Shown here piece by piece: positions 9,498 to 18,971 of a stretch of DNA of 64,000 nucleotides (position 1 is its first letter; each line of letters begins with the position of its first letter). The notes beneath the pieces were generated by a model. It saw only the letters and a list, made by a program, of their open reading frames with translations, did not search any database and was not told the origin of the DNA. The position numbers and the translations under genes are program-made. The DNA is from Fimbriimonadia bacterium (lineage in GTDB: Bacteria > Armatimonadota > Fimbriimonadia > Fimbriimonadales > JABRVX01): contig JBGPGO010000007.1 in NCBI GenBank assembly GCA_041483895.1, forward strand, positions 96,001 through 160,000, written 5' to 3'.

Positions 9498-10714
9498 GCC
9501 GTCGCCTCACCCGCTACCATCCCTTCACAGTCAGACTGTGTAGGGATGGTAGCGGGTGGTCCGAGGTGCCAGACCTTGCCCATCGGCTTGAGGTTGATTC
9601 CATGACCCCAACGCTTGCGGGCAAGGCGGAGATAGTAAAGATAGCTGTCAAGCGGGACGTCGGGCGGGACGCGGTGGTCGCAAAACGGTATGTATCCGCC
9701 TTCCTCGACGAGCGGGGCCAGGCGGTCGATCTCCTCTCGAATGCCACGGCGGCTTCCCGCTAAGATGTGCTTGTCGAAACCGCCCATCATGAGAAGGTCC
9801 TTGCCATATTCCTTTCTGTACCGCAGAGGATCTGCCCCCCAAGTGCCGATCTCGACCGGAAACATGCAGTTCACCCCGACGCCCATCCATAGCGGGATCA
9901 GGTTCTCGATGTTGCCGTCGCAGTCCAGCCATATGATGTCCACGCCGTGTTTGTGCAGCAGGTCCGTGATTCTCCGATAGCGCGGCATCAGGAATTGACG
10001 GAAGTGGTCGAGGCCCAAAAGCGGGCCGCCGGAATAGCACATGTCCTCCCACATGCCGCAGGCGTCGAACTGAACCCCCGAATCGAACGCCTTTTGTAGA
10101 TACCCGCAGACCAGATCGGCAATCGTGTCCACCATCTCTTCGAACCACGCGGGGTCGTCATAAACGACGTAGGAGACGTTTTCGACTCCCATCCAATTGC
10201 GAATCCACCCGTACAGGCTGCCGCCAGGGAGGGTGAGAACGTTTGGCCGGTACGGGTTCTTCCACCGCTTGATGCGCTCGGACCAAGCGGGAGGGAATCG
10301 GCCCGGCGAATCGGGATTGAGGCGCGGTTTGTAGTGTTTCTCCCAACTCTCCCGGTCTGTAAGCAAGTGGCTTACGTGCATCGGGATGGAGCCCATGAAC
10401 TTGTGCCGAAGGACCCGAACGCCGTCCTCGCCTTGCACGACCTCCATGTCGCCGCGATCTTCGATGACCACTCGTTCGAACCATGGATCGAGCGATTCGC
10501 GGATGCCGACCCAGCCCTCATACCGATCCATGCCGAAGAAGTCGCAGGCTGTATTCTCGTCCAGATGCTCCGGCAGGCCCTGCCCTTTCCAAAGTTCGAT
10601 CGTTTCCGACCAAAACCCGAAGTCGCAGATGGGGACTCGGTCGGGAGAACTTGCGACTCGGTCAGGAGACCGGTCGCATCGCATGGTCGCCAGGAATCGT
10701 TCGCGGTCGTTCAT
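9494..10714 (-). CDS. UroD/MtaA-CmuA family methyltransferase-like protein, carrying repeat A near the N-terminus and repeat B at the C-terminus
   Basis: MNDRERFLATM start; WEDMC, DCDGN, GGFDK and PFCDHRVPPDV motifs. Confidence 0.85.
   Translation of the reverse strand: MNDRERFLATMRCDRSPDRVASSPDRVPICDFGFWSETIELWKGQGLPEHLDENTACDFFGMDRYEGWVGIRESLDPWFERVVIEDRGDMEVVQGEDGVRVLRHKFMGSIPMHVSHLLTDRESWEKHYKPRLNPDSPGRFPPAWSERIKRWKNPYRPNVLTLPGGSLYGWIRNWMGVENVSYVVYDDPAWFEEMVDTIADLVCGYLQKAFDSGVQFDACGMWEDMCYSGGPLLGLDHFRQFLMPRYRRITDLLHKHGVDIIWLDCDGNIENLIPLWMGVGVNCMFPVEIGTWGADPLRYRKEYGKDLLMMGGFDKHILAGSRRGIREEIDRLAPLVEEGGYIPFCDHRVPPDVPLDSYLYYLRLARKRWGHGINLKPMGKVWHLGPPATIPTQSDCEGMVAGEATA
9510..9556. repeat. 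Extended family B palindrome, in frame at the C-terminus of the 9494-10714 gene
   Basis: CCCGCTACCATCCCTTCACAGTCAGACTGTGTAGGGATGGTAGCGGG; encodes PATIPTQSDCEGMVAG. Confidence 0.8.
10651..10680 (+). repeat. Family A copy, in frame in the UroD-like N-terminus
   Basis: TTGCGACTCGGTCAGGAGACCGGTCGCATC; read on the minus strand as CDRSPDRVA. Confidence 0.95.
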
Positions 10715-10715
10715 A

Positions 10716-11795
10716 TCAATCGTAGTTCCCGTACTTGTCCACCATCTCAATCACAAAGCGGTAGGTATCCCAGCTCACGGTCGGGGGGACGGAGTGGTCG
10801 GAATGATACGCGTAGCCGAGGGTCGCCATCCCAGCCTCCAGCTTCGACCGGACCTCCTCCTCAATCCGCTCCTTGTCATTGGTCGCCATCACCATCACGT
10901 CGATGTTGCCGAACATCGCCAGGCGTTTCCCGTATTTTGGGGCCATCTCGCGCACGTCCATTCCCGCTTTCGCCTCCAGCGGCTGCAGGCAATCGAATCC
11001 GGCGTCGATGTAGTCCGGCAGGATGGAATTGACGTCGCCGTCGGTGTGAAAAATGAAGGGTAAATTATGTTCATGCGCCCAATCGGCAAGCCGCTTGTGG
11101 TCCGGCCAGACATATTTGCGATACATGGCAGGCGAGCAAAACGGTCCCCGACGGTAGGCCATGTCGCCGAATATCCAGACGCCATCGGTGTCAATGCCGT
11201 GTCGAACCAAATTATCGAAGTCCTTGAGCACGAGGTCGGTCATGGTCTGGGAGATGTCCACCGCCCATTCCGGGTCATCGATAAGGGCTATGAGGAAAGT
11301 CTCGTCCCCCACTTGTCTTCGGGCAAGTTCAAAGGTTTCCAAGGCGCAATGAAATGTCCAGCGGCCGTTCCGCCTTCCGAGCGTCCAATAGTCGCGGCAC
11401 ACAGTCGGGTCGGCGAACGGCCATGCTTCCAGCAGTTTCGGCTTGTAGACCTTGTACCAATCCTCGCGCGTTTGGCAACCGAAGCCGGTATGTTCCGGCG
11501 TGCCAGACTTGTGCTTCCAATACTTCGTCAAATTGTCATATTGGTCGCGGAACGTCCGAGTGAATTCGTCTTCCGCTACGGTCATGTCTTGACCGGGAAA
11601 CGGCCGCGGCTCACTCCACATCGTGGGTTGAAAGTCATACCCGATGAACTCCAGCGCCGCATCGGTCATTCCCTCGGAGCGCCAACGGGTGATGGTCTCA
11701 TCCCAATGGCTGTCCCCTCGTGGGATGCAGTCTTGTGCCTCACGCCGGAGCATCCGGTTGAACCGCTCCCTCCCGGACATACGGGTGTTTCTCAT
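10716..11795 (-). CDS. UroD/MtaA-CmuA family methyltransferase-like protein
   Basis: GDMAY, FHTDGD, QPLEAKAGMD, GNIDV and YHSDHSVP motifs. Confidence 0.85.
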   Translation of the reverse strand: MRNTRMSGRERFNRMLRREAQDCIPRGDSHWDETITRWRSEGMTDAALEFIGYDFQPTMWSEPRPFPGQDMTVAEDEFTRTFRDQYDNLTKYWKHKSGTPEHTGFGCQTREDWYKVYKPKLLEAWPFADPTVCRDYWTLGRRNGRWTFHCALETFELARRQVGDETFLIALIDDPEWAVDISQTMTDLVLKDFDNLVRHGIDTDGVWIFGDMAYRRGPFCSPAMYRKYVWPDHKRLADWAHEHNLPFIFHTDGDVNSILPDYIDAGFDCLQPLEAKAGMDVREMAPKYGKRLAMFGNIDVMVMATNDKERIEEEVRSKLEAGMATLGYAYHSDHSVPPTVSWDTYRFVIEMVDKYGNYD

Positions 11796-11801
11796 TGCGC
11801 G

Positions 11802-12428
11802 CTAGCCCGCCAGGAGCCGGCGGGCGGTTTCGACTCCGCTCGCGGCGTCGGAGGCAAATGCGTCCGCACCGATCTGGTCGGCAAATTCCTGAGTGATGGG
11901 GGCTCCGCCGATGATCACCTTCGCCTTGACACCCGATTCTCGTATCGCCGAAATCGTGGCTTTCATGGAGGGCATGGTTGTGGTCAAGAGGGCGGAAAGC
12001 CCTATTAGGTGAGCGCCGTTTTCTTGGGCGGCCTCGACGAAACGTTCGGCGGGCACATTGGTTCCCAGGTCAATCACATTGAAATGAGCGCCCCGCCACA
12101 TCATCGCGACCAGGTTCTTTCCGATGTCGTGGAGGTCGCCTTGGACGGTCCCGATAACGGCGGTGTGTTCCGGCCGGATACCGGCCCTGACCAAGATCGG
12201 CTCCAGCAGCGCCATGCTTTCCTTCATCGCGCGGGCGGCGATCAGCATTTCGGGTACAAACGCCTCGTTCCTTTGAAACCGATCCCCGACAACGTCCATG
12301 CCGCTGACAAGGGCGGAGAGAATGTCCTTGGGGTTGGTGTTTGCGTCTATCAATTCCTGCGTGAGGCTGGCCGCTTCTTTGCGGTCGCCTCGGATCACGG
12401 CTTCGCTCAACGATTGAAACTGTGTCAT
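11802..12428 (-). CDS. Corrinoid (B12-binding) protein
   Basis: GDLHDIGKN, SALLTTT and GGAP B12-binding motifs, with an N-terminal cap domain. Confidence 0.95.
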   Translation of the reverse strand: MTQFQSLSEAVIRGDRKEAASLTQELIDANTNPKDILSALVSGMDVVGDRFQRNEAFVPEMLIAARAMKESMALLEPILVRAGIRPEHTAVIGTVQGDLHDIGKNLVAMMWRGAHFNVIDLGTNVPAERFVEAAQENGAHLIGLSALLTTTMPSMKATISAIRESGVKAKVIIGGAPITQEFADQIGADAFASDAASGVETARRLLAG

Positions 12429-12575
12429 GAAGACTCCTTCGCGGATGCGCGGCCAGGGGATTTGCCCCCGACCGTGTCCTCAATCCCTATTATGAGGCAC
12501 AAGAAATCCAAATTCCAGGCGAAATTGGCTGAATCGGCAGAACCGTTTGCCAAATTCGCGATAAAATTCACACAA

Positions 12576-13412
12576 GTGACGAATCCACCCAAAACGGCGG
12601 TGATTTTGTGCTCGGTGCTGGAAACCGAGGTGGAGCATTTCGCCAGAGATCTCACTCATATCGTTCACATCGCAAAACTGCCTCAGGGGCTGCACGACGA
12701 TCCGCCGCGCCTGCGACGGGAGCTTCAGTCGCTGGTCGACCAGATCGAGTCGGAGCATAGCCCGGAGGTGATCGCCCTCGTCTACGGCCTGTGCAGCCGA
12801 GGGACTGAGGGGGTGTTCACGAAAACTTCCCGCCTCGTGATACCGAGAGCCCACGACTGCATCACCCTCCTGCTTGGGAGCAAGGAGCGGTACGCGGATT
12901 ATGTGCGCTTGCATCCCGGGACCTATTGGTACAGCCCCGGCTGGAACCGCCACCATATCCCACCGGGTCCAGAACGGCATAGGCTCCTATATGAGGAATA
13001 TCGCGATAAGTACGGGGAGGATAACGCGGATTATCTTATGCAGATGGAGCAGAATTGGTTCACCACCTACGACCGGGCAACGTATGTGGACATGGGTGTC
13101 GGGGCGACGGAAGATGACATCCGTTTCACAAAAGGGTGCGCAGAGTGGTTGAAATGGAACTTCGATCGCCAGCACGGCACGCCGGATCTTTTGAAAGCGC
13201 TGCTGACGGGCCAATGGGATGAGGAGCGCTTCCTCGTGTTGGAACCAGGCCAGACCTTCTCGATGACGGCGGACGAGCGCATCATCGACATCGTAGACGA
13301 GCGACTCGGTCGGGAGACCGGTCGCATCACGGAGCGGGAGAGCGACGAGCGATTCGGTCAGGAGACCGGTCGCATCGACATCGCGCGGGACCCCAGTGCG
13401 GATCACGATTGA
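12576..13412 (+). CDS. DUF1638-family protein associated with corrinoid activation; C-terminal tail extended by repeat A
   Basis: GLH..P..LR, YGLCSRG, HDCITLLLGS and GTYWYSPGW; start placed at GTG 12576. Confidence 0.8.
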   Translation: MTNPPKTAVILCSVLETEVEHFARDLTHIVHIAKLPQGLHDDPPRLRRELQSLVDQIESEHSPEVIALVYGLCSRGTEGVFTKTSRLVIPRAHDCITLLLGSKERYADYVRLHPGTYWYSPGWNRHHIPPGPERHRLLYEEYRDKYGEDNADYLMQMEQNWFTTYDRATYVDMGVGATEDDIRFTKGCAEWLKWNFDRQHGTPDLLKALLTGQWDEERFLVLEPGQTFSMTADERIIDIVDERLGRETGRITERESDERFGQETGRIDIARDPSADHD

Positions 13413-13456
13413 GGATGCGACCGGTGGGGATGCGACCGGTTTCCCGACCGAGTCGC
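13301..13456. repeat. Family A cluster across the DUF1638/RACo junction
   Basis: Forward copies at 13301-13328 and 13349-13376; reverse half at 13414-13425; reverse copy at 13429-13456. Confidence 0.92.
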
Positions 13457-15090
13457 TCGTTATCGGTCCGGACAAACTGGGACTGCGGCTGACCCGCATC
13501 CTTCGGGGCGAGGGATTGCCGCTCAACACCCGGTGCGGGGAAAAGGATATGTGCGCCGGCTGCACGATCGAGCTGGTGCGCGGGTCTTTGGTCCATGTGG
13601 AGACGGGGGAGGTCGCGCTGCCGGGCGAAATCCGCGCCTGCCAATATATGGTGGGATCGGACGCTGAAGTCGTGTTGCGAATTCCGCCTCGGGCGTTGCT
13701 TGCCTACGCGCCGCAAGTGGTGGCCGACTATCGAATCAACGTGCCCTACGCGCGGGATCCCCTTGCCGATTCGGGGCTGGGAGTGGCGGTCGATGTTGGA
13801 ACGACGACGGTGGTGGTCCAGCTTGTCGATCTGCTCACCGGAGATACTGTGGGGAGGGCGGCGGGTTTCAATAAACAGATGCACTTTGGCGATGACGTGC
13901 TGACTCGGATCAACCTCTGCTCCACGGATGTCGCCATGTTGGCGGAACTTCAACGGGCCATCGTCGCGGAGACCCTGCGACCGCTCTTGGATGAGGCCCT
14001 CGCCGGGGCAGAACGGCAGAGGGACGAAGTGTCTTGCATTACGGTTGCCGGCAATACGACGATGCTGCATTTGCTCGTTGGCGAGGACCCAAGTCCGATG
14101 GGGATCGCTCCGTTCACGCCGAGGTTCTTGGATCGAGGTCCGTTTCCGGCCGGCGCGATCGGGTTGGAACCGGGCGACGCGAACGTCCATCTGCTGCCTT
14201 CCATCGCCGCCTACATCGGCGCGGACCTGACTGCCGGGCTGTTGGCGTCCGGATTGGCGTATGAGGAGGGACCGAGCCTGCTTGTGGACGTGGGGACCAA
14301 CGGCGAGATTCTTTTGATGCACGGCGGGGAGATATCCGGCTGCGCGACGGCCGCGGGACCGGCGTTTGAAGGGTCTCGGCTGACCTGCGGCCTGCGGGCG
14401 GGCGAGGGCGCGATTTCGCACTTGTCCCTCGAAGCCGATCCGTTCGCGGTGCGCTACGAGGTGATTGGCGACGGTGGCGGCCGGCCGACGGGACTATGCG
14501 GATCGGCGTACATCGATTTCCTTGCGGAGGGCCGACGCGTGGGTCTTCTCGACGAGATCGGGAGGTTTTCTTCCGCCTTGGGGTGCGACTCGGTCGGGAG
14601 ACCGGTCGCATCGAACGACGAGCGACTCGGTCAGGAGACCGGTCGCATCAATGGCATCAAGGAGACCGGTCGCATCAAGAGTGGGAGATGTTTCAAAGTG
14701 GCCAAAGGCCAGGGCGCCCGGGCGATCGTCGTCTCTGAGGCGGATGTGGCTTCCTTGCTGCAGGCCAAAGCGGCAATTGCGGCTGGGATATTGACCCTGT
14801 TGGCCCGGCACAAATTGGACTCGGCTGACGTCAAAACGCTCTATCTGGCGGGCGGCTTTGGCATGCACCTGGACATCGGAAACGCCATCGCATGCGGTCT
14901 GCTTCCGGGCTTTAGCGTCGAACAGGTGCAGCTGGTCGGCAATGCCTCGCTGGCCGGGGCCACCCTGGCGTTGCTCGACAAGAACCTGCTGGCGGAGATG
15001 AAGACGCTGCGAGAGAAGGTCGAAGTGGTAGAGCTCAACCTCGATCCATCCTTCGAGGACCGCTACATCAGCCAACTGTCATTGCCGTAG
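13396..15090 (+). CDS. ASKHA/DUF4445 reductive activator of corrinoid proteins (RACo) with N-terminal 2Fe-2S-like domain
   Basis: C-x5-C-x2-C...AC; DVGTTT, DVGTNGE, AAGPAFEG, GLCGS and LAGGFG motifs. Confidence 0.9.
   Translation: MRITIEDATGGDATGFPTESLVIGPDKLGLRLTRILRGEGLPLNTRCGEKDMCAGCTIELVRGSLVHVETGEVALPGEIRACQYMVGSDAEVVLRIPPRALLAYAPQVVADYRINVPYARDPLADSGLGVAVDVGTTTVVVQLVDLLTGDTVGRAAGFNKQMHFGDDVLTRINLCSTDVAMLAELQRAIVAETLRPLLDEALAGAERQRDEVSCITVAGNTTMLHLLVGEDPSPMGIAPFTPRFLDRGPFPAGAIGLEPGDANVHLLPSIAAYIGADLTAGLLASGLAYEEGPSLLVDVGTNGEILLMHGGEISGCATAAGPAFEGSRLTCGLRAGEGAISHLSLEADPFAVRYEVIGDGGGRPTGLCGSAYIDFLAEGRRVGLLDEIGRFSSALGCDSVGRPVASNDERLGQETGRINGIKETGRIKSGRCFKVAKGQGARAIVVSEADVASLLQAKAAIAAGILTLLARHKLDSADVKTLYLAGGFGMHLDIGNAIACGLLPGFSVEQVQLVGNASLAGATLALLDKNLLAEMKTLREKVEVVELNLDPSFEDRYISQLSLP
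14584..14676 (+). repeat. Family A cluster (2 full + 1 half), in frame within RACo
   Basis: Encodes CDSVGRPVAS-NDE-RLGQETGRI-NGIK-ETGRI. Confidence 0.95.
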
Positions 15091-15105
15091 CGCTCTCGGA
15101 CGTTG

Positions 15106-15315
15106 TGGCTCGGGCTCCGGATAGGTCGTATAGGACGTATAGGACGTATGGGTCCTATCGGCAAGCATTGCGAGCCCGGTCAGGAGACCCCGGAAGAACT
15201 TGCGACTCGGTCAGGAGACCGGCCGCATCCAGTGGAAGTTCCGACCCCCTTCACAGTGCGACTGTGAAGGGATAAAGTACTTGCGACTCGGTCAGGAGAC
15301 CGGTCGCATCCAGTG
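15106..15315. repeat. BIME-like mosaic of families C, A and B
   Basis: C (9-bp TATAGGNCG tandem) at 15106-15163; partial A at 15169-15190; A at 15201-15229; B at 15247-15271; A at 15281-15310. Confidence 0.9.
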
Positions 15316-15347
15316 CTAGACGCCTGCGACGACCTCCATCCGGTTAG

Positions 15348-17885
15348 CTAATTGGCTTTTCGATACTTGATCAGCACCGATCCGGGCGATTTGTCGCTGT
15401 CCACGCGCAGGGTCGCAAGCTCCGCTCCGGTCAGCATCAGCTTCTTCTTTGCGTCAACAAACGTCACTTCATACTTTGCTTTCCGATCGAGACCGTGCAA
15501 GGCCACCTGAACTGTCGTGTATTGGCTCTTTGGACGCCGGAACAGCATCGCGAAGCCTTGGCCAAGATCCGGCCGATCGAATTGCCAACCACACCATTGG
15601 CTTTCATCCAAATTGACCGGCAGCAGCGGGTAGTAATCGCCGAGCCAAAGCGGACGCAGGTCCTTGACTTCCTCGGTGGCTCGTTTCGCCGCGTCGAACG
15701 CATAGTCGCCCTGCCAGATGTTCCCTGGGAGCACAACGGCGGTCGTCGCGACGCTTCGAAACGCATAGGGATCATAACTCCATGCTCCGGCGGAATGGAG
15801 CGGCATATAAAGGCTTAGACCCGCAGTCTGGCACTGATCCCAAGCGGACGAGACGGGAGGCGCGCACGTGGTGTCGCTGCGCCAAAGCGGATAACTGCGG
15901 CTAATCGTTTCAATGTCGATGCGGCGGCCACCGCTCGCGCAATTGTCGATCGTCAATCCGGGCTTTCTCGCGCGCAGCTCATCCCACATCGTGTAGAGCC
16001 CTTCGATGTAATGGTTTTCCGTGATGCCCTGGCGGTCCGGTTCGTCGGCGGCTTGCCAAAATCGAAGTGGAGCGATGTTGAAATCGTTTCGATAGACATC
16101 AACGCCCCAATCCGAGAGGCTTTTGGATAGGGTATCTGTGAGCCACTTCCGCGCAGCGGGATCGTCCAGTTTGAAGAGGCCATCCCAATCGGTCCCGTTC
16201 TGCAAGCGCACCCACTCCGGAAACTCGTTCGCAATTCGACTGCCCTTGCATACGCGCTCCGGTTCGAACCAAAGGATGAACTTCATACCGTTCTCGTGCG
16301 CTTTGTCTCCGAGCGGCTTTAGACCATGAGGAAAGGCGCTTTTTGGCACCCAGCTTCCCGCGCCGCCAGGCCACTCGCCTTCGAACCAACCCGCATCCAG
16401 CCAAAACATCTCGGCCCCGGTCTTCGCGATGCGCGGAATCTGCGAGAGCTGGTTCTCTTCATTGCACCAGTTCAGGGCTTGGTCGACCGCGAGCTGGCCC
16501 ATCATCGGGACGGCGACCTTTCCGTTGATGCGAGGCACATAGTGGGCAAGAAGGAGCCGACGGAGCAGATTGTTCCCGTGCAGACTGTCCGCGCCGCGCC
16601 ACGGGATGACAAGGATGCGTGGCGTCCGGATACTCTCCCCGGGATGAAGTTTGAGATGTGTGATCTGCTGCCCGGCCTGCAGCAAAATCTCGCGGGCCGA
16701 ATCGCGCTTTACGCGCATGGCCCACTGTCCGCTCCAGCCGATCGCTCCAATCAAGCCTCCTCCGTGCCATTCGAGGTTGAAGAACGGCAACACGCCATCG
16801 GATGAGCGTCCGCCGTTCGGCGCAAGGTTCAGCTCGGCGCTGGGAGCGACAGTTGTATCGAGCGGTATGAAGTCTGTGGAGTCACACGTGGAGCCGTTTG
16901 AGTGGTGCAGGATGATGTCGCCCTTTGGGGGAGTGGCGATGCGAAGGTCGAGAGCACGGATGTTCTCCAGTATCGGCGTGTCCTTCGCGCCGCTGTTGTG
17001 GAAACGCATGACCCATTCCGCGGCGGGGAAACCGGCGAAGACAGTTACCTCGCAGATGACCTCAAGTCCGGTTGCCGGGTCGGAGAAGGTGACAGTTTCG
17101 GTGTGCTTGCCGTTCTGGGTCTTGCCAACGGAGTTCGACCGCTTCCAGGTCGGCAAGAGCTTCTCCGAGGGCACACCGTCGTAAGTGAATGAAAACGGGA
17201 GGCCGGTGGCAAGGCGCGCGGGGGGAACCCGCACTGGCATTTCATCCAGCCAAACGCTATTGCCGTCTTCCAGCGCTACCTTTGCGTTTGCCCAATCGGA
17301 TTGGTCCCAGCCGATGCCGTCGCCCGAATCTGAGATCAGAAGCGTGAACTCCTTGGCGCCACCCAGGTCCAGATCGACGCTGACCGGCTGATCGCCGCCT
17401 TTCAGCACCGATGATCGAAATCTCTCTTTGCCTCCGACATCGACTGAGAAGACGACGGTGCCGTGCTTGCCTGCCGTATCCCAGTTGTTGTCGATGCCAA
17501 CCTCCGCATGAAACGACTTGCCGGGCTTGGCCAGGCGTACAACGATCTCGCTGTTGGCGTGCGCCCCCAAACCGTGTTCATAGTGTTTCGCGCCGATTTG
17601 GAGGGGAGTCAGGCGCACGGATTGGCGCAGGAGCAACTCGCCGGCATCCTGTCTTCGAGGCTCGAGACCAGGTGGGATGGGAAAGTCCGGCATCGGTTCA
17701 CCCAGCAAGGCTACGCGCGCCCAAGCATGCGCGTACTCAACCTCATCCAGAAGAGAAGCGGACGCAAGGTCCTGCGTTGATTCTGTCATCACATGTCCTC
17801 CCCCAGGGTCCCTTGATTGGCCGACCATTGGCTGCGCAAATACTATCAGTGCCGCGAGTCCGAAACCAAGATGCAAGCTTGCCAT
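15348..17885 (-). CDS. Secreted alpha-galactosidase-like glycoside hydrolase (GH36) with NPCBM/NEW2 domain
   Basis: Signal-like MASLHLGFGLAALIVFA; NPCBM GLGAHANS/DWANA; WLDAGW, LWFEPE, RNDFN and DNCASGGRR. Confidence 0.82.
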   Translation of the reverse strand: MASLHLGFGLAALIVFAQPMVGQSRDPGGGHVMTESTQDLASASLLDEVEYAHAWARVALLGEPMPDFPIPPGLEPRRQDAGELLLRQSVRLTPLQIGAKHYEHGLGAHANSEIVVRLAKPGKSFHAEVGIDNNWDTAGKHGTVVFSVDVGGKERFRSSVLKGGDQPVSVDLDLGGAKEFTLLISDSGDGIGWDQSDWANAKVALEDGNSVWLDEMPVRVPPARLATGLPFSFTYDGVPSEKLLPTWKRSNSVGKTQNGKHTETVTFSDPATGLEVICEVTVFAGFPAAEWVMRFHNSGAKDTPILENIRALDLRIATPPKGDIILHHSNGSTCDSTDFIPLDTTVAPSAELNLAPNGGRSSDGVLPFFNLEWHGGGLIGAIGWSGQWAMRVKRDSAREILLQAGQQITHLKLHPGESIRTPRILVIPWRGADSLHGNNLLRRLLLAHYVPRINGKVAVPMMGQLAVDQALNWCNEENQLSQIPRIAKTGAEMFWLDAGWFEGEWPGGAGSWVPKSAFPHGLKPLGDKAHENGMKFILWFEPERVCKGSRIANEFPEWVRLQNGTDWDGLFKLDDPAARKWLTDTLSKSLSDWGVDVYRNDFNIAPLRFWQAADEPDRQGITENHYIEGLYTMWDELRARKPGLTIDNCASGGRRIDIETISRSYPLWRSDTTCAPPVSSAWDQCQTAGLSLYMPLHSAGAWSYDPYAFRSVATTAVVLPGNIWQGDYAFDAAKRATEEVKDLRPLWLGDYYPLLPVNLDESQWCGWQFDRPDLGQGFAMLFRRPKSQYTTVQVALHGLDRKAKYEVTFVDAKKKLMLTGAELATLRVDSDKSPGSVLIKYRKAN

Positions 17886-17991
17886 ATACTTCCCGCTTCC
17901 TCTGGGCGCTGTCCACTGCCACAACGACTCCGATTGTGACACTTCCCTGGCGGGTCGGTAAAGCAGTCGTACACGAACCGCAGGATCCGTC

Positions 17992-18180
17992 GATGCGACC
18001 GGTCTCCTCACCGAGTTGCAAACATGCGACATGAATCGAACCGTATGGCTCGCCCTCCGAATAGGTCATATGGGTCGTATATGTCGTATAGGTCCTATCG
18101 GCAGCGGGGGACTGGATTTGCGTCGATGCGACCGGTCGCATTGAGGAGAACTTGCGACTCGGTCAGGAGACCGGCCGCAT
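17992..18180. repeat. Inverted family A pair enclosing a family C array
   Basis: Reverse A at 17992-18021; C at 18046-18103; short palindrome ATGCGACCGGTCGCAT at 18126-18141; forward A at 18152-18180. Confidence 0.88.
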
Positions 18181-18185
18181 GGAGG

Positions 18186-18959
18186 CTATGGACTGACTGC
18201 GGCCGAGCCGATCGCCAGCAGAATTCCGTGGATGATGCTCCAGGGGTGCGGTGGGCAACCTGGCACAAATGCCGCGACCTGCAGATGAGGGGTCACGCCG
18301 TTCGCTTCGGCGTAGCCGCCACGGTGCAATCCCCCGCTAATTGCGCACGTGCCGACGGCGATCACGATCCGGGGCTCCGCCATGGCGTCAAAGCACCGAA
18401 GCAGTGGTTCTCGCATCGCCTTGCCAACCGGCCCGGTCACGAGCAGCACATCCGCAAACCGGGGAGAGGCGACGAAGTGGATTCCAAAACGTGAGCAATC
18501 GAAGATTGGGTTGGTTGTGGCTGCGACCTCGAGGTCCGTTGCGTTGCACCCGGTAGAGACCTCGCGGATATCCACAGATCGCCGGAAGGGCGCTTCGGTC
18601 ATGGGTAGGAGTTCCATGTCCGCCCTTTCCGGGGTCTGCCGCAGCACCAGGTCGCTTCGGTGGCGCACCGCGGTCCGGGTGGAGCGGTCGTGCACGATCG
18701 TCTTTGTTGGACAGGATTCGACGCATGCGCCACATGTTACACAGAGACCACGATCGAGCGCAACGGAAGGCAGTCCGGCCTCTTCCGCAATGGTGATCGC
18801 GCCGGTCGGACAGGCTTGGACGCAGCGGTTGCAGGTTTCCCCAAGACAGGGTTCTGAGGTCAGACATGGCAACCCCTTTGCGCCATCCGGCAGGTCCGGA
18901 AAGTTGGCGGCATCGGTGACGTGTCGTTGTTGCACCGCAAATAGGAAGGCGCTAAGCAC
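18186..18959 (-). CDS. Ehr/Hyf-like small subunit (NuoB-like) fused to a 2x4Fe-4S ferredoxin
   Basis: CNRCVQACP and CVTCGACVESCP; GCNAT, SPRFADVLLVTGP, GTCA and PGCPP. Confidence 0.85.
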   Translation of the reverse strand: MLSAFLFAVQQRHVTDAANFPDLPDGAKGLPCLTSEPCLGETCNRCVQACPTGAITIAEEAGLPSVALDRGLCVTCGACVESCPTKTIVHDRSTRTAVRHRSDLVLRQTPERADMELLPMTEAPFRRSVDIREVSTGCNATDLEVAATTNPIFDCSRFGIHFVASPRFADVLLVTGPVGKAMREPLLRCFDAMAEPRIVIAVGTCAISGGLHRGGYAEANGVTPHLQVAAFVPGCPPHPWSIIHGILLAIGSAAVSP

Positions 18960-18971
18960 CGTTTCTCACCC

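Noticed and set aside
12429..12575. Cobalamin riboswitch
   Set aside because: No recognisable B12-box elements, and the region is short.
17886..18032. N-terminal extension of the GH36 ORF containing a repeat
   Set aside because: A signal-peptide-like start at 17885 is more plausible, so the repeat is treated as intergenic.
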